Below, in pieces: positions 25,701 through 36,964 of a DNA stretch of 41,419 nucleotides. The stretch covers positions 1-41,419 of the forward strand of contig NIVC01001400.1 of NCBI GenBank assembly GCA_002269645.1, read 5' to 3'. The stretch comes from Macrostomum lignano. Lineage: Eukaryota. A model generated the notes under the pieces. It searched no databases and was not told the DNA's origin. It saw nothing but the letters and a program-made list of their open reading frames with translations. Each line of letters starts with the position of its first letter. The first letter of the stretch is position 1. The translations under genes and the position numbers were made by a program.

Positions 25701-27217
25701 GACACTTGATTCAGCATGACGTTCTCTGACAGTTGATTCAGCATGACGCTCTCTGACAGTTGATTCAGCATGACGCTCTCTGACAGTTGATTCAGCATGA
25801 CGTTCTCTGACAGTTGATTCAGCATGACGTTCTCTGACAGTTGATTCAGCATGACGTTCTCTGACACTTGATTCAGCATGACGTTCTCTGACACTTGATT
25901 CAGCATGACGTTCCTGACAGTTGATTCAGCATGACGTTCTCTGACACTTGATTCAGCATGACGTTCTCTGACAGTTGATTCAGCATGACGTTCTGTGACA
26001 GTTGATTCAGCATGACGTTCTCTGACAGTTGATTCAGCATGACGCTCTCTGACACTTGATTCAGCATGACGTTCTCTGACAGTTGATTCAGCATGACGTT
26101 CTCTGACACTTGATTCAGCATGACGTTCTCTGACACTTGATTCAGCATGACGTTCTCTGACACTTGATTCAGCATGACGTTCCCTGACAGTTGATTCAGC
26201 ATGACGTTCTCTGACACTTGATTCAGCATGACGTTCTCTGACAGTTGATTCAGCATGACGTTCTCTGACAGTTGATTCAGCATGACGTTCCCTGACACTT
26301 GATTCAGCATGACGTTCTCTGACAGTTGATTCAGCATGACGTTCTGTGACACTTGATTCAGCATGACGTTCTGTGACACTTGATTCAGCATGACGCTCTC
26401 TGACACTTGATTCAGCATGACGCTCTCTGACAGTTGATTCAGCATGACGCTCTCTGACACTTGATTCAGCATGACGTTCTGTGACACTTGATTCAGCATG
26501 ACGCTCTCTGACACTTGATTCAGCATGACGTTCTCTGACACTTGATTCAGCATGACGTTCTCTGACAGTTGATTCAGCATGACGTTCTGTGACACTTGAT
26601 TCAGCATGACGCTCTCTGACACTTGATTCAGCATGACGCTCTCTGACAGTTGATTCAGCATGACGTTCCCTGACAGTTGATTCAGCATGACGTTCTGTGA
26701 CACTTGATTCAGCATGACGTTCTCTGACACTTGATTCAGCATGACGTTCCCTGACAGTTGATTCAGCATGACGTTCTCTGACAGTTGATTCAGCATGACG
26801 TTCTGTGACACTTGATTCAGCATGACGCTCTCTGACACTTGATTCAGCATGACGTTCTCTGACACTTGATTCAGCATGACGTTCTCTGACACTTGATTCA
26901 GCATGACGTTCTCTGACAGTTGATTCAGCATGACGTTCTCTGACAGTTGATTCAGCATGACGCTCTCTGACAGTTGATTCAGCATGACGTTCCCTGACAC
27001 TTGATTCAGCATGACGTTCTGTGACAGTTGATTCTGCATGACGTTCTGTGACAGTTGATTCAGCATGACGTTCTGTGACACTTGATTCAGCATGACGTTC
27101 TCTGACACTTGATTCAGCATGACGTTCTCTGACACTTGATTCAGCATGACGTTCTCTGACACTTGATTCAGCATGACGTTCTGTGACACTTGATTCAGCA
27201 TGACGTTCTCTGACCCT
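22777..27217. repeat. 27-bp minisatellite array, right arm (about 164 units)
   Basis: Same unit as the left arm; resumes mid-unit directly after the element; occasional 25-bp deletion units. Confidence 0.98.
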
Positions 27218-27307
27218 TGATCGTAATTACCGCTGAGCTGCTCTGAGCTCCTTTAACTGACCTTGGTTAGCAGTCCTTGGATCCTAAAATTTCGCAACCC
27301 CCCGCAG

Positions 27308-27693
27308 GCAAGACGGCCCTCATGCTAGTGTGCTACAGAGGCATACTGCCGAGCATCAGGCAGCTGCTGGACCGCGGTGCCAGCAGACTCAAACGGGATC
27401 GCAAAGGCTCCACAGCACTGCACTACGCTGTTGACGGCGAGAAGCTCGAAGCCATCAGCCTGCTGTTGAACTTCTGTCCGGAGAGCGATGCAGTGGACAG
27501 GGAGTCAAAGTCAGACAAGGCTCTTGTCGATGAGCAGGGTGAAGAACCTATGAGAAGCGAGTTGCTCTCGGCCAGAGACGCAAGCGGATGCTGCGCCATC
27601 GTGCGCTGCGCCATGCTGAAGAACAATGGCAACCCGGATGTGACGAAGGCACTACTCGATGCTGGAGCCAGCGCTGACGCGGTTGATGATCAG
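27308..27693 (+). CDS. FANK1: FANK1 exon 3 (ankyrin repeats)
   Basis: CCGCAG acceptor. (G)KTALMLVCYRG...GSTALHYAVDG...VTKALLDAGASADAVDDQ. GTGAGT donor at 27694. Phases 1 and 0 are consistent with the flanking exons. Confidence 0.92.
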
Positions 27694-27899
27694 GTGAGTG
27701 CGTGGGGCTGCAGGTCCGCCACGACGTTGACATTCCACATTCGCCAAGCCATTAAACAGCCGACAAATTGCAAAACCTACCCTAACCTAACAACCCTAAG
27801 CCTCTGAAGTTTTGCCAAATTTCAAAATTCGTTGAACCACTCGATTGCGAAAGATTTCGAAGTATTTTTGGTTTGTCGCCAACGCCCGTCAAAAAGCCT

Positions 27900-28083
27900 C
27901 CTATCTCTTGGTGGACCCTTAATTCTGTCTCTTGGTGGGCGCTCCTGTCTCTTGGTGGGCGCTCCTGTCTCTTGGTGGGCGCTCCTGTCTTTTGGTGGGA
28001 GCCCTGTCTCTTGGTGGGCGCTCCTGTCTTTTGGTGGGCGCTCCTGTCTTTTGGTGGGAGCCCTGTCTCTTGGTGGGAGCCCC
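27900..28083. repeat. 20-bp minisatellite (CTCCTGTCTCTTGGTGGGCG)n in FANK1 intron 3
   Basis: About 9 tandem units. Confidence 0.92.
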
Positions 28084-28305
28084 TAGCTGTCTCATACCTA
28101 TGCAATACCTGCCAAAGAGGTGCCAAAAGTATACAGTTCCTCTTATTCGTCGAGCCTCGATGGTTACCTCTTTCATTTACTTACTGGGAGAGTGCAATTT
28201 TTCTGGGGCCATTGTGCGGTTGTCGGATACGGCCCCTTTCATGGCTCCCCTTTGTGCATACATATGTCACTAGACCCAAACCTTTGCACACGCAAACACC
28301 CGCAG

Positions 28306-28500
28306 GGCCAGACGGCACTGTTCTATTGCGCAATGCACCGCCACTTGCGCATGGCGGAGCTGCTTCTCAGCGCCGGTGCCGACCCGACGAGGCCCAACAT
28401 CAAAGGCGTCACGCCGACGGCCGTGGCCGACGCGCAGGAGAGCGCCGCGATGCGATCTCTGCTGGCAAAAACGGCCGCTGCTGCCGCTGCTTCCAGCTGA
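28306..28500 (+). CDS. FANK1: FANK1 exon 4 (terminal ankyrin repeats)
   Basis: CCGCAG acceptor. GQTALFYCAMHRHLRMAELLLSAGADP...KTAAAAAASS*. Spliced CDS is 135+394+386+195 = 1110 nt = 369 aa, with FN3-then-ankyrin architecture. Confidence 0.92.
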   Translation, partial: GQTALFYCAMHRHLRMAELLLSAGADPTRPNIKGVTPTAVADAQESAAMRSLLAKTAAAAAASS

Positions 28501-28576
28501 TGTCAAGCACTTCTGACGGTGAGATGTTTTTGTACTCATCTATACGTATCACTGCGTGCACATGTACGTGTACTGA

Positions 28577-28905
28577 GATTCCCTGTTAGAGGAGATTCCT
28601 GTTAGATATGAGATTCCCCTGTGAGAAGAATCCTGTTAGATATGAGATTCCTCTGTTAGAGGAGATCCCTGTTAGATATGATATTCCCCTGTGAGAAGAA
28701 TCCTGTTAGATATGAGATTCCTCTGTTAGAGGAGATTCCTGTTAGATATTAGATTCCCCTGTTAGATGAGATCCCTGTTAGATATGAGATTCCTGTTGGA
28801 TATGAGTTTCCCCTGTTAGATGAGGTCTCTGTTAGAGATGAGATTCACCTGCTAGATGAGATACCCCTGTTAGATATGAGACTCCTGTAAGGCATGAGAT
28901 TCCCT
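28577..28905. repeat. About 18-20-bp minisatellite (GAGATTCCTGTTAGATAT-like)
   Basis: Degenerate tandem units. Confidence 0.85.
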
Positions 28906-29162
28906 TACTGGACATGCACTATATCATGTTATTCAATATCAACCACTTTCTACATCTAACAACATTCTTCTAAATTTCAGAATTCGAAAAAGTTTAAAAC
29001 CGTTGGAATAAACAAAAGCTGATCTTGTCGGAACCATCAAAATGCAATGCACTGCGACTAAGTCTAGCAAATGTACACGCATAACTTATGAAGACAGACC
29101 TCAGAAAACTTTTCCAATCCCATAATAACATAAAATTTTTATAACAAAGCCAAGGAAATATA

Positions 29163-29470
29163 ACTGTTGCTAGGGAAGCCAGAACGGGACAGATATCTGT
29201 TGCTAGGGAAGCTAAAAGGGGACAGATATTTGTTGCTAGGGAAGCCAGAAGGACACAGATATCTGTTGCTAGGGAAGCCAGAAGTGGACAGATATCTGTT
29301 GCTAGGGAAGCCAGAAGGACACAGATATCTGTTGCTAGGGAAGCCAGAAGGACACAGATATCTGTTGCTAGGGAAGCCAGAAGGACACAGATATCTGTTT
29401 CTAGGGAAGCCAGAAGGACACAGATATCTGTTGCTAGGGAAGCCAGAAAAGGACATATCTGTTGCTAGGA
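29163..29470. repeat. 33-bp minisatellite (CTGTTGCTAGGGAAGCCAGAAGGACACAGATAT)n
   Basis: About 9 units. Confidence 0.93.
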
Positions 29471-29915
29471 CCACTGGATAGGTGAAAAGTAAAAATTAGA
29501 AAACTCGAAAACTTTTTACTCTTTAATAAAGTTAAAATTGAGAGATTTTATAGTGGGCGAGTAACTTACACTCGTAGAATTCTGATTTATTATATTTTAT
29601 ATTTCAATTTAAGTGGCCTTTAAATAAAACACAGAGCTTAATTGTATCGGTCCAAAAATACCGCGGGTAAAAAGTTTTCAACCTGAATAAATGTTGCACA
29701 GCATACGAGTGCACAGAAAGCAAAAAAACAATGTTTTAGGATATATTTGACGCTTAATAAATCAAAAATTACTTTTAAGACACTTTTCTGCCACAAAGTG
29801 ATTTTCTCTCTTTCTAATCATATCAATGTAATTTTTTGTTTATAAATGAAACCAAAAAACCCAACGCGCGCACAGACTTAGCCAAACAATGTCAAGCAAA
29901 GTTTTAGCCAATAAT

Positions 29916-29993
29916 ATCAGACAGGTGGCGCCCATCCGGTGTACTGGTGCGGACGGTTCCAATTAGGATTTTAACGCCGAGGCCTGTCGTCAT
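29916..29993 (-). promoter_or_regulatory. SECIS-like element in the 3' UTR of Rdx/MIEN1 paralog 1 (branched apex)
   Basis: Minus strand: AUGAC-GACAGG...CCUGUC-UGAU (quartet plus helix II), unpaired AAAA, about 180 nt downstream of the stop. 73/78 nt identical to the paralog 2 copy. Confidence 0.72.
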
Positions 29994-30174
29994 ACGTCTG
30001 GGCTCGCGCTGGTTTTTCTATTTGTTTTTGACGAAATTCAATTCATGCTACTATTTAGTCTACTTACAGTAGAAATATACGTTTTTGACCGTCTAAATTT
30101 GTTTATTCATTGTAAAAAAGAGAAAACGCTCTTCGGAGAGATTGTAAATGAAAAGTTAATAGCGAAGCACAGCA

Positions 30175-30442
30175 TTACAGCAGATTACATCCGGGACTTT
30201 GAGAATCTTCCAGTACGTTAGGATCGTCGCCATTTGTAGCTCGCTTCACCTGTTCGACAACCTGATTTTCATCAGGAAAGCCGTGCAGCTTCAGCTTGGA
30301 GAAAATCAGCTGGCCATTGATTGTCACCTCGAAGCTGCCCCGGCGACCATCGTGACCGGAGATCTGAACCCCGCTGGGGCACGCGCTGAGAATAGCTCTG
30401 CGCAGGTGCTCATAGCGGGGTTCGTAGCCTCATCCGCTGCCA
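30175..30442 (-). CDS. MIEN1: Exon 2 of MIEN1/SelW2-like Rdx-family selenoprotein, paralog 1 (Sec UGA at 30432-30430)
   Basis: (C)GSG-UGA-GYEPRYEHLRRAILSACPSGVQISGHDGRRGSFEVTINGQLIFSKLKLHGFPDENQVVEQVKRATNG...SPGCNLL*. Hallmark FEV.INGQLIFSKL..GFP and a CaaX end. Confidence 0.9.
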
Positions 30443-32387
30443 CTGCATTGGGTGAAATTGGGATAACCAGTAAGGATATATGCTCAATAAAAATCGCAAC
30501 TGGGTAAACGGCAGGAGTGACTATGACTGTGCTTCTCCAGTAAAATGCCTCGGCATCTAACTAAGCAAAGACTGGCTTCAACCCTTCAAATATGATTTGA
30601 AGCTATTAATATTACTTATTGCTTTTGATTGCAGATTGTCACAATCACATATTTGTTTTTTCTTAATTTGCTTTCTTTCCTTTTCTTCCCTTGCTTTTTC
30701 TTGGGTTGGCCATTTTTGCAACTTACTACCTTTCTTGGCATCTCATTACTTGGCTATATTAGCTAGATTGGCCAGGTGTTGCAAATGTATAATTCTAAAA
30801 CAATTTCAATACTTCATAAACTATATTCAAACATTCTAAAAGGTAATCAATATTATATTTTTTTATACATTTTATAAATAATACAATATGTTTAGGATAT
30901 AAAATTATTAATTGTAAAACTTATCTAATAGAATTAATTCATTATATGCTAGTGTGGTAGGGCTTTGAACATTACTACAAATTCAATTACTAATACATGA
31001 TATTTTAATTAATAACTTCAAGAATGTTACCAGTTCTGCATGAAATGATCAATACAAATATACAACAAAAATTAATTATTTGTTTAGACATTTATTTTTT
31101 GCACCACAATTTTTTATATCAAGTACTATGTATACAAATCAAATTCTTATCCTTGCCAATCAAAATTATATCCTTATTGCCCCAGATCATGTTAAGGCTT
31201 TTGTGGCCCTGCTTTTGTATTGGCTCCCACTCAGCCTGATCTCTTATGTCAATAGGCTAGACTATTACCTAGCTTAGCTCATAATACAAAGCTTATATAA
31301 TTTACAGTGGCTGGATTGGCCAGGTTGGCCAGCAGTTGCGCATATATGGCTTATAAGCTATGAGCTAGAGTCAATAAGCAAATTTTCTCTGGTATACATT
31401 AGGCCTATACTAATATATGATCTTGACACTAGTATTTACATAAGTCTTAGCCCAAACTCTGGATCATATAGTATACACCCAAAAATTAAGGTGTGCATTG
31501 GCCTTGTATGCAGTGTTAGGCACCAGTCCATTAATAAGCATCTATCCATAAATAAGCACTAAGATTTTTCATTAACATTAATAGACTGCCATTAAGATTT
31601 TTTTGCAATAATGGATTAACAAATTTGCATTAATAATATCCCTTATTCACCCTTAACATTAATGGCAATGTCAATGACCAAGGATGCAAAAAAGAACAAA
31701 AATATAAATCTGGCAAGAAGTTACATTGCAGTATGTATTTCAATTTACCTAAATACATATTTAACATTTTTGTTTTTAAGAATGATGATGCAAATATAAT
31801 AACTTCTTACTAATGAACTTTAATAATGAATTAAAATTATGTTATTGCTTGTGCATGAGCATCAATTACTTTGATTCACTTCTTTCCCAATTTTTTCTTA
31901 ACTTTCTGCTGCACTTACTAATGCTATTGAAACAACCTTTATATTTGTATTTTATTATTAATCAATTAGCTTTCAAGTTTCAAATAAATGAGTTATGTCT
32001 TACCTTTTTACCATATGCTTATTTTAGTAGTATTATATAAATATGGACAAGTGTGATACCTCGCGGTTAGGGCTACTGGTTTTCTATTGCTAAGGATTTT
32101 ACTAGTGGATTTACTGGTTTTAGATTTTGGTAGATTTCCTGCCACCAGGCTTCCTGCTTCCCTATTTCTATTAATTTAGTGATAAGGAGTGACACAGGAA
32201 AACCAAAATATTTAACAAAACTTTATTATTTCAAAAAAAGAAAAGAAAATCAGCATGCAATGGTTATTGTTACTTTACTTGTGGGAAAAGCTAGGCATTG
32301 ACTACCTTGTAGTGTACTGTTGTTGGCATTGACTACCTCTAACAGTTTTACGTATTTCCTAATATTTTTCCTGCCTCTTACCTTTCC

Positions 32388-34056
32388 TAATTTGAGACTT
32401 CGCGAGTCCGCAAACGAACGAATCTGCTTCCCAAGCAGTAACAGTAACAGTAATAAGTATTTGGCGCCTCAGCCATTGATTAGGCTCTTACACCACTAGA
32501 TATAAATTAATTCCAGGTTGGGAGTGTACTTATGTACACTGAGATCCTAATTGGAGCTAAGAGGACTGTACAAAGGGCAATTGACAAATCAAAAACCTCC
32601 CTGGGAGACAGTGACAGTGGAAGGACGCACCAGTCAGGAATCCCATGGGTTAGAAAAGCCAAAAACCGGTCATATGACCGCCCCCACGGCCATGGCAGCC
32701 CGAAAGAGCCTCCCCCCAACTAAACCCCGGGTACTCTTGCCAGACAGTCTCTTATCTTTGAAGCGGCAGGAGGGCTAATCGCCGGGACTATTTCACCCTT
32801 TGCTTCGCCAACCCACCATTTCTATAGTGACCATGCCAACGGTCTCGTCCTGCTCAGACTCAGTCCTGGTTCTGGCACACTCCAGCTATAATAGGGTCGC
32901 TGGCTGTTTGCTCAGAGGGCACTTGAAGGAGACTGTCAAAGCACCAACTGGAACAGGTATAGGCCTGCCTTCCTATACAGCTACCCACAGCCCTTCCCGA
33001 TCCACTATTACCCTCCAACCCAGCCTACTCACTCATTACAAGCTTTCAGCCAGGCAGAGACAAGTTTCACAGGGGTACTGCAGTTAGGCGCCTCTATGCG
33101 AGACAAAACCACAGCCTCGCGGTGATTTGAGACTAATTTGAGACTTCGCAAGTCTGCGAATGAATGAATCTGCTTCCCAAGCCTATGACTATGACTATGA
33201 TAAGTGCTTCCGGCGCCTCAGCCTAAGTAAAAAGGCTCTTACGCCACTAGAAATAATTTAGATTCCAAATTGGGAGAGTACTAATGTACACTAAAAGCCA
33301 AGTTAGACTATAGAGGACTGTACAGGGCAGTATCAAAAAAACCAAACCTCCCCGGGGGACAGTAGCGGTTCGACGAACCAGTCAGGAAGCCCGTGCCCAC
33401 AAACCAGGTTAGAAGGCCCCCATAGCCTATTAGAGATGGCCCGAAGGCCTAGAGCCGTGGCAACCATGCTGGGGCCGACCGCCCCTCTACCCCCGGTACA
33501 AATCATAAACCTCCCCGAGGCCCATGGGGGTTGAAAGAACCAATCAGGGAAGCCCGTGCCTACTCATGGGTTAGAAAAGCCAATGCCGGTCATTTGACCG
33601 CCCCCACGGCCGTGGCAACCCAAAGGAGCCTCCCTCCCAACTAAGCCACGGGTACTCTTGCCAACAGACAGTCTCTTATCTTTGAAGCGGCAGGAGGGCT
33701 AATCGCCGGGACTGTTTCACCCTTTGCTTTGCCAACCCGCCATTTCTATTGTGACTGTGCCAACGGTCCCATCCTGCTCAGACTCAGTCCTGGTTCTGGC
33801 ACACTCCAGCTTTAATAGGGTCGCTGGCTATACGTTCAGAGGGTGCCTGAGGGATACCGTCAGAGCACCTTGGTACAGGTATAGGCCTGCCTTCCTAAAC
33901 AGCTACCCACAGCCCTTCCCGATCCACTATTACCCTCCAACCCAGCCTACTCACTCATTACAAGCTTTCAGCCAGGCAGAGACAAGTTTCACAGGAGTGA
34001 CTGCAGTTAGGCGCCTCTATGCGAGACAAAACCATGAACAAATCTGCTTCCCAAGC
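32388..34056. repeat. Diverged tandem duplication (units 32388-33110 and 33134-34033, plus the start of a third), probably TE-derived, in the paralog 1 intron
   Basis: Both units start TAATTTGAGACTTCGC and end GGCGCCTCTATGCGAGACAAAACC; long collinear internal similarity; unit 2 has an internal duplication. Confidence 0.8.
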
Positions 34057-34879
34057 CCCAAACTGCTCTATACTTCTAAGGAATCCCAAAAACTAGCGCT
34101 TTTCCCCCGCTCTAATTACTTTCCTAACCCTAAACTACTGACAGTAGGCAAAAAGCATATCTGCTTTGCTACTAATTCCCATTCCTAAAATACTGCTCTA
34201 CTACACATACAAGTTTTTTAAATTATTATTTTTTACTTTCTTAGCTTATAAATCCCTTAAATGATCTCAGTGTTTTGCTAAAAGGTAGAAAAGCAGACAG
34301 TATATTATGAAGTCTGTTTTGCAAGATTTCTGTATTTTCTGTGGTAACTTTAACAGATTAACACTTAATAACAATTATCAGTTAAATTTTAGTTAATTTA
34401 ACAAAATTAAAAGTGAATAGGTTAAGATTTTTTTGTTTTAACACTATGCTTTTGCCATTAACAAAGTTAAGATTTTCATTAATAGTGCCCAACACTGCTT
34501 GCATGCCAAAAGTAGGCATGTACAGTTGGTGTACATCACTATTAAGAAAATGGTATGCATGCATACCTGGTATATATTTTATAGAATCATAGAAAAGTTA
34601 TTATAAAGTAGAATATAAAAAAGGTCACTTAATGTCGCAAAATCAGCTTAGTTTTGAGAATAGGTGTGCACTCTATTTTTTGGCATACATTTATATATTT
34701 AATTTTTGTTAGGGCATGAATGATCAAGACTATGGTTCTCAGCAAGTAAATAAACTTTGTTTATCTATAAAATTAATTCACTACACTCAATTTTCTGGCA
34801 TACATTTGTAATTATTCAAGTTTTATTTGGGTATGCACCTAGCATGATCTAGACGGTATCTACCCTTTTTGTTGCCCTA

Positions 34880-35483
34880 CATTTTGGTACCCCGGTTTGC
34901 TTTTTGGTGCCTAAATTAAAAATTATAGTTAACACAAAAATATAAAAAATGAGCCCTATTTAGCAGTAAGCACTTTGCTTTATAATACTTATTTATTTAA
35001 TAACTTAGGTATTCATTTTGTTAAGCTGACCTGGGTTTAAATTAAAAAATGGTCTTGTTTCATGTAATTTTTTTCTTTCAATTTGATTTTTTAAGAAATA
35101 AAACAGAATCATGTGACTCAAGAAATCAATACTAGAATAGATTTGTGCCATTCCATAATTTTGATCAAAACTACATTTAGCATTATTGATAGATTTCATC
35201 TTTACCTAAATAACTCTTCTTAGCATGCATGCTAAGTGCAGTGCAACCTTATAATTGTAATAAAGGATTCGAAAAGTGCATACAATTAAATTGACCTGAT
35301 TTTTCAAAATTTAAAAGACATGCCAATTGAAAAAAAAATAGATAGGCCTACTGGATTATAGCTTTCATTAGAAATACTAAATGTTTTGTAAAGTATTTAT
35401 TATATTTGCTATTATATTACTTTTTATTATTATTTAGGCATCATAAACTAGAGCACCAAAAAGCAATCTGGAGTACCAAAATG
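34880..35483. mobile_element. MITE-like segment bounded by 31-bp imperfect inverted repeats
   Basis: CATTTTGGTACCCCGGTTTGCTTTTTGGTGC (34880-34910) versus the reverse complement of 35453-35483: 28/31 match. No TSD identified. Confidence 0.4.
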
Positions 35484-35551
35484 CTAAGCACCAAAATGCA
35501 TGGAAACTATTCCGACTATGGTTCTTAGCAAGTAAATAAACTTAACATTGA

Positions 35552-36332
35552 TGTAGGCCCAATTTAAATTTTTGCGTCACTATGGAAACATAACTTGGAA
35601 AATATTTTTTGTTTAAATGAATCTGGTCCCCCACCCCAATCTTATTATAAATACATGGGAGTTTTGCACCCAAAGAGGCGACTGAGCTTTTTACTCGATC
35701 CTGAATATAGAGGCGATTTGCCTAAGAAAATTAGAGGTGTTCAAGCCTTCTTTATTTGTCAAAAGCTGAGAGCGACTGCTCATTGGGCAAAGGTGGAATC
35801 TACCAAGAGTATCAGACTAACAGTCTATGAGCCAATAAGCGGACCCGCAAAGAACAGAGGCGTGATCAGCCAATAGACAAGGGAGAATTATCCCAGTGGC
35901 TATTTCGAATCGAACAACCAATGACAGGTCGTGAATGACACAAGCAAATCTGTAGATAGGAAACAAGAATTCACTGGGCACCCTTGGTCCATTGGAGATG
36001 ACTGCTTTTTAGGACTTAGTCACCCCCTTAGCTAAACAGTGTCTTGCTGCTCAGGCACTACGTGCTACTAGGGCAATCCGTACTTACATGAAAGCCCATA
36101 GTTCTAACCTCGTAACTTAGTAATTCTAGTAATTCTAACTGGTTTAAATGGCTAGCTTATACATGAACCTTTAAAATTATAAAACTCATTCCAGGATACT
36201 CAAGAGTTCTGTAGCATCAGCAGGATAGGTTAAAATTAAAAATAAAATCCTTTAACAATTTGGTGACAGCCGTAGGATTGTGAATAGCCAGATAGAACCC
36301 CCTGGAACAACTTGGTGGCCATTGTAGGATTC
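35552..36332 (+). mobile_element. Probable LTR fragment (TGT...AATAAAATCCTTTAACA, about 35552-36257) followed by PBS-like motifs
   Basis: AATAAA then ...ACA, followed by TGGTGACAGCCGTAGGATT (36261-36279), whose complement has tRNA 3'-end format. The 5' boundary is inferred. Confidence 0.45.
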
Positions 36333-36964
36333 CCAACTTAGCTTAATTACCCCTTCAAGAATATAAATATATTAATACAACTTACTTCAAAATTAATGCA
36401 ATAGAAATATTGTATAAAATATTCTTGTTTTGTTGAGATGAGAAGCAACACTAATAATAATTACTCTACATATAGGGCCTATACAAAAATAGACTATTTA
36501 TCCATCTCTAAATAGGCCTAAACACTTAATAATAGCCACAAACTTTATTATAATAGAAACACATGCATGTACAAATATAAAAATAGTTGGCCTATTAGAC
36601 TGATACTGGTCTGGAACTTTGGGTATAGCTTTAACGCTTCTATACTAGGCCTATCCTCATAAAAACTGTTTGTACCAATTGGACAGCAAGAGAGAATGGA
36701 ATTAGGCGTAGTTTGCTAATTAAATTCATTTATTGTAAAAACTAGGCCTAACAGATTCTTGTAGCTAACTATTTCAGTATAGGCCTAGTGGATTTCTATC
36801 GATTCAAAACCGATTCAACAGATTTGACATTTGGATACAATGGCATCAAAGTTAGTATATAGTACTACTAAAGAAGAAGGTAGCCCCACCCACCTATCCC
36901 CTATGTTTTAATCTTTTTAGTGCATCAAGTTCAACTGTTAAAGTATTAATAAAATGATACTTAC

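Noticed and set aside
10486-27201. Long minus-strand MLNQVSESV / ERHAESSVR repeat ORFs (250-600 aa)
   Set aside because: Products of a stop-free 27-bp satellite frame, antisense within a FANK1 intron, broken by random indels; no coding evidence.
10515-27217. CRISPR-like regular repeat array
   Set aside because: Units are head-to-tail with no unique spacers, there are no cas genes, and the context is a eukaryotic intron.
27782-29481. Repeat-rich ORFs (LLSLGGRSC, LLLGKPEGHRY)
   Set aside because: Translations of the 20-bp and 33-bp minisatellites.
30199-30507. Plus-strand 102-aa ORF
   Set aside because: Antisense shadow of MIEN1-like exon 2.
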